DNA of 35,354 nt from Candidatus Bathyarchaeia archaeon. GTDB taxonomy: Archaea; Thermoproteota; Bathyarchaeia; 40CM-2-53-6; JAVZFM01. Numbering within the stretch: position 1 is the first letter of the stretch; every line of letters starts with the position of its first letter. The stretch spans positions 1-35,354 of the forward strand of contig JAVZFM010000001.1 of assembly GCA_038872815.1 (NCBI GenBank), given 5' to 3'. This document shows, piece after piece, positions 32,659-35,354 of this stretch. The position numbers were made by a program, and so were the translations under genes. The notes under the pieces were generated by a model that worked only from the letters and a program-made list of their open reading frames with translations, was not told where the DNA came from and did not search any database.

Positions 32659-34857
32659 TTAAAGCTCATAAAGCTTATCAATAGGCTTGCTTGAATAAAA
32701 TACTATTCCTTTATCTTCTATTGAAAATTCTATCCATTTTTCAATAAATCTTTCTCCTCTTATTTTTTTAATTCTAAGTATTCTTTTCATTTTCCCCCTT
32801 TCTTCTAGAAGAAGTGTTTCTATTACGCAATCAGATGTTTCCTCTATTTTAGTGATTGCTTCTTTATCAAGGCTAGTGCCTAAAGTATAATAAAACCTTC
32901 CATAGTTTCCTTTTATTTTAGCTCCTACTGAATGAATAAATGAAAGTATTTGCTCAAGCTTTAAAGCTGAAAGCATAGGAGTAAAAGAATCTAAGAAAAC
33001 ATCAACTTCTCCTTTTGATTCATTCAAACAACTTGATATCTTAATTCCAAGAGTTGTTAAATCACTTAATGAGCTAACGTAATATTTTTCGCTAGAGGGT
33101 TTTCCAGCTATGCTAGAGTAAGAATCTATAAAAATAAGTTTATTACTTTCATAGAATTCTTTTACATCCATTCCTAACTTTTTCATACTTTCTATTATTT
33201 TAAATGGAAACTCAACATTAGTTATAAAAACACAAGTATTTCCATTTTTTAACCCATCATAAAGCAATGTTTGTAATAAAACAGTTTTTCCTGAACCTGA
33301 GTTTCCGATTATGGCTATAGAACTAGCTTTTGGAATGTCTCCACCCATTAAGGCTTTTATGAATTCATAAGAATGCCTATAAACTTTTCTTTTCTTTTTT
33401 GTAATGAAAGCAAAAATTGTTAATGCTAAGATAAATATTAAAACGTATCCATAATGTTCTTCAAACTTTGCTTGAAGCTTTACTTGTTTAAGCTCAGAGT
33501 TGTTTATACTAACATCATTTATAAAGCTTAATATAAAATATGACCCAACAAGCTTATAATCTCCAATTGGGATTTGTTTAAACTTCACTATACCTCTTAA
33601 ATCAGTTAAACCACTTGCTATAACTTTATCGTCTTTCATAAGCTCAACATTTATTCCTGGAAATAAAAGCCCATAAATGCTTAATTGAAAGCTTGGATTA
33701 TAAACAGGTAACATTACTTCAACTTGCATATCACTCATAACAGAAATATCGTTCATTATTGTTGAGTTCCATTCTTTCCAATTAACTGTTATATCATAGT
33801 TTCCATAGATTTCACTAGAAGGCAAAAATGCATTAATGAATCCAGTTTGATTAGATTTTCCAAGCCATACAATGTTTGAATTTTTCAAGATTGTAATCTC
33901 TACATTGGATATAGGTTCTTTAAAATCATCGATAAGCTTTATTAAAAACTTGTAGAAAGGGGCTATCCAAAACTTTAAATATCCTTCATACTTATTTTTT
34001 GAAAGATCTTGGGTTTCAGTTTTTATTTCATAAGTTCCTTTAGGTAAAAAAATCTCGTATGTATAAATTCCACTATATTGCTTAGAAGCTTGAATATCCA
34101 TTCTCATGCTATTCTCATATATGAGTTCTTGGGTCTCAGCGTTTAAAATTTTAATTTTTGGTAATGTTATATCGCTTATACCAAAAGGATCAGAGACATT
34201 CAATAGAACTTTTATAGGTATAGAGCTTTCTTTTATTTGAAAAATTGATAAGGCTTTACCATCTATGCTTAAAGTTTGTAAATTCATGCTTACATGGTCT
34301 ACACATGGAATACTAACTTGAGTTGGAGTTTTTAAACTATTCCAATACAATCGAATAGGAATTAAAGGATTTGATGGAATGAATTGAATTGAAAGCTGTA
34401 TACGTGAGCCTTTTAAGAAAGTATGATTGGCAACTCCTATTCCAAGGTTATAGTCTTTGATACTAGGGCTAAGAAAAATAAAAGCATTCATTGAAGGCAC
34501 AACCTCTCTAGTTTTATTCGTAGAAGTTAACTCATACAATGAAATTTTTAAAGTACCATTGACCATTCTATCAGCGCTAAGCCATATTCTATAGAATATG
34601 CTTCCATAAACTTTAAGCTGAAAGCCTAAAGGTGGATCTAGTGTGAATATACTTTCAACTCTAGCATCAGTTTCTTTAACGTTTTCGACTATAAGGCTTA
34701 GGCTTAATGTTTTCCCATCGAAAATTTCTTTTTGGCTTGATCTAGCATAAAGCTTCACATACTTAATTATTGGCAAAGTAAGAATAGGAATTAAAGCATC
34801 ATTGATAGCCATGATAAACATTAATAGTATTAACAAGCAAACTCTTAGCTTATGCAT
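32659..34857 (-). CDS. Bitopic membrane protein: signal/anchor, ~470-aa beta-rich glycosylatable extracellular region, TM helix, cytoplasmic KaiC/RecA-superfamily ATPase domain
   Basis: The ORF track gives 760 aa from 34941. I prefer the Met at 34857 (MHKLRVCLLILLMFIMAI...), which yields a signal-like N-terminus. There are many N-x-S/T sequons. A second TM (YGYVLIFILALTIFAFIT) is followed by KKKRK. The C-terminal domain has Walker A (GNSGSGKT), Walker B-like (LIFIDSY) and a KaiC-like context (MGGDIPKASSIAIIG). Confidence 0.7.
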   Translation of the reverse strand: MHKLRVCLLILLMFIMAINDALIPILTLPIIKYVKLYARSSQKEIFDGKTLSLSLIVENVKETDARVESIFTLDPPLGFQLKVYGSIFYRIWLSADRMVNGTLKISLYELTSTNKTREVVPSMNAFIFLSPSIKDYNLGIGVANHTFLKGSRIQLSIQFIPSNPLIPIRLYWNSLKTPTQVSIPCVDHVSMNLQTLSIDGKALSIFQIKESSIPIKVLLNVSDPFGISDITLPKIKILNAETQELIYENSMRMDIQASKQYSGIYTYEIFLPKGTYEIKTETQDLSKNKYEGYLKFWIAPFYKFLIKLIDDFKEPISNVEITILKNSNIVWLGKSNQTGFINAFLPSSEIYGNYDITVNWKEWNSTIMNDISVMSDMQVEVMLPVYNPSFQLSIYGLLFPGINVELMKDDKVIASGLTDLRGIVKFKQIPIGDYKLVGSYFILSFINDVSINNSELKQVKLQAKFEEHYGYVLIFILALTIFAFITKKKRKVYRHSYEFIKALMGGDIPKASSIAIIGNSGSGKTVLLQTLLYDGLKNGNTCVFITNVEFPFKIIESMKKLGMDVKEFYESNKLIFIDSYSSIAGKPSSEKYYVSSLSDLTTLGIKISSCLNESKGEVDVFLDSFTPMLSALKLEQILSFIHSVGAKIKGNYGRFYYTLGTSLDKEAITKIEETSDCVIETLLLEERGKMKRILRIKKIRGERFIEKWIEFSIEDKGIVFYSSKPIDKLYEL

Positions 34858-35125
34858 ATACTTTCGCTCACTTATTATAATTTTATTGGTATTTTTTAAG
34901 CTTTTACACTTAATCCAAGCCAACTTATATTTCTTGATCATTCATAAATCGTAGAAAGTCTTAAATATGAAGACCATAAAATATTTTCTTGATATGCTTT
35001 AAAGAATAAGTTTAAAATTAAAATAAAAACAAGTTACAAACGCTATAAGCCATGAAAAATTTTGAAGCATAAATTAAAAACTTTTATTACTAGAGGGTTT
35101 ATAAATAAAAAACGAGTTGAGTGAT

Positions 35126-35354
35126 TTGAAGAAAAAGCTAGTAATGTTTTTATCGATAACGCTATTCGTATATATTTTTACAAGTTTTATAGGACTAAGC
35201 TATTCTCAAATAGCCTCATTGTTGATATTTATAATGTTGATTAGTAGTTCCCTCCTATTTTGGAGATTTAGAGTTGCCTTCGCTTTTATTGGTATATCTG
35301 CTCTTTTAGGATTAGGATTACTCGATATCGACCATTTAATAGAATTTGCAAGTT
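35126..35354 (+). CDS. 5' part of a polytopic permease (possibly ArsB/NhaD/CitMHS-type ion transporter superfamily), truncated by the window end
   Basis: Open frame from TTG 35126 (or ATG 35144) to the window edge, with two hydrophobic segments (FLSITLFVYIFTSFIGL, FAFIGISALLGLGLL). Family assignment is weak. Confidence 0.4.
   Translation, partial: MKKKLVMFLSITLFVYIFTSFIGLSYSQIASLLIFIMLISSSLLFWRFRVAFAFIGISALLGLGLLDIDHLIEFAS

Noticed and set aside
34858-34941. 28-codon N-terminal extension (MIKKYKLAWIKCKSLKNTNKIIISERKY) of the KaiC-like membrane protein
   Set aside because: The extension is Lys-rich and low-complexity, and it precedes a Met (34857) that yields a canonical signal/anchor sequence. 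The longest-ORF start is probably an artefact.
1-35354. Possibility that TGA is recoded (Trp/Gly/Sec), prompted by in-frame TGAs in the GT-C gene (32212) and in the bacterioferritin remnant
   Set aside because: TGA terminates several well-conserved genes at the expected protein ends: adenine deaminase at 15987, the MoaD-like gene at 19438, AOR paralog 2 at 21350 and ZnuC at 30277. The ferritin remnant also contains TAA stops and a frameshift. Nothing by eye suggests selenocysteine recoding at 32212, though SECIS-type elements cannot be excluded without a scan. Standard code with ordinary nonsense lesions is the simpler reading.
1-35354. Search for CRISPR arrays, tRNA/rRNA genes, C/D-box sRNAs, and transposases or integrases
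   Set aside because: - No regularly spaced direct repeats were seen.
- No GC-rich cloverleaf-like segments stand out in the AT-rich intergenic regions.
- UGAUGA-like boxes (about 9122 and 15106 on the minus strand) lack correctly spaced CUGA partners.
- No ORF shows DDE, tyrosine/serine-recombinase or TnpB-like motifs.
- A covariance-model scan would be needed to exclude small RNAs fully.
1-35354. Striking abundance of AAGCTT / AGCT-containing words throughout coding and non-coding DNA
   Set aside because: This is probably a compositional or codon-usage property (frequent K-L, S-F and A-x codon pairs on both strands), and perhaps reflects absence of a cognate restriction system. I cannot quantify it here. 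It is used only as a caveat for the palindrome finding.

Overview
Visibly AT-rich, densely coding chromosomal window that looks archaeal. The evidence is gene content (AOR-family enzymes, NikR, CBS and KaiC-like proteins, a small pyruvoyl AdoMetDC-type decarboxylase), solute-binding proteins anchored by an N-terminal TM helix, oligo-T tracts after operons, and many overlapping or tightly spaced genes. I support about 35 protein genes. I see no rRNA or tRNA, no CRISPR array and no recognisable transposase or integrase.

Left to right:
- NuoB-like hydrogenase/complex-I subunit.
- A frameshifted DUF362 gene.
- A translationally coupled ATP-grasp / hydantoinase-A-like / amino-acid-kinase-like operon matching the MfnD-MfnF-MfnE (methanofuran-type C1-cofactor) trio. 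Upstream on the same strand are a divergent AdoMetDC-like decarboxylase and a PAP2 phosphatase.
- A heavily decayed bacterioferritin remnant, then a cupin.
- An NfnAB/SudAB-type pair.
- A BMP-type nucleoside ABC importer with no ATPase gene.
- An AOR plus 4-cluster ferredoxin.
- A gene-poor gap of about 1 kb, then adenine deaminase.
- A tight five-gene operon: PreA-type dihydropyrimidine dehydrogenase, MoaD-like protein, second AOR, cyclic amidohydrolase, second polyferredoxin. A second cupin follows.
- A chimeric MttB-family / ADP-forming acyl-CoA synthetase remnant.
- Small retropepsin-like and PAC4-like ORFs.
- A SAMHD1-type HD hydrolase downstream of a 4xCBS protein with an HPF/RaiA-like C-terminal domain.
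- NikR divergent from a Znu/Tro-type metal ABC operon.
- A GT-C membrane glycosyltransferase split by an in-frame TGA.
- A bitopic protein with a large extracellular domain and a cytoplasmic KaiC/RecA-like ATPase.
- A partial permease at the window edge.

Best candidates for something undescribed:
1. The AOR/ferredoxin-wired pyrimidine-type operon inside a nucleoside/nucleobase island.
2. The CBS-HPF-like fusion paired with the HD hydrolase.
3. The membrane-spanning KaiC-like ATPase.

A second theme is gene decay, with at least five independent lesions in 35 kb. All functional calls come from motif recognition by eye and from memory of family signatures. No searches were run.
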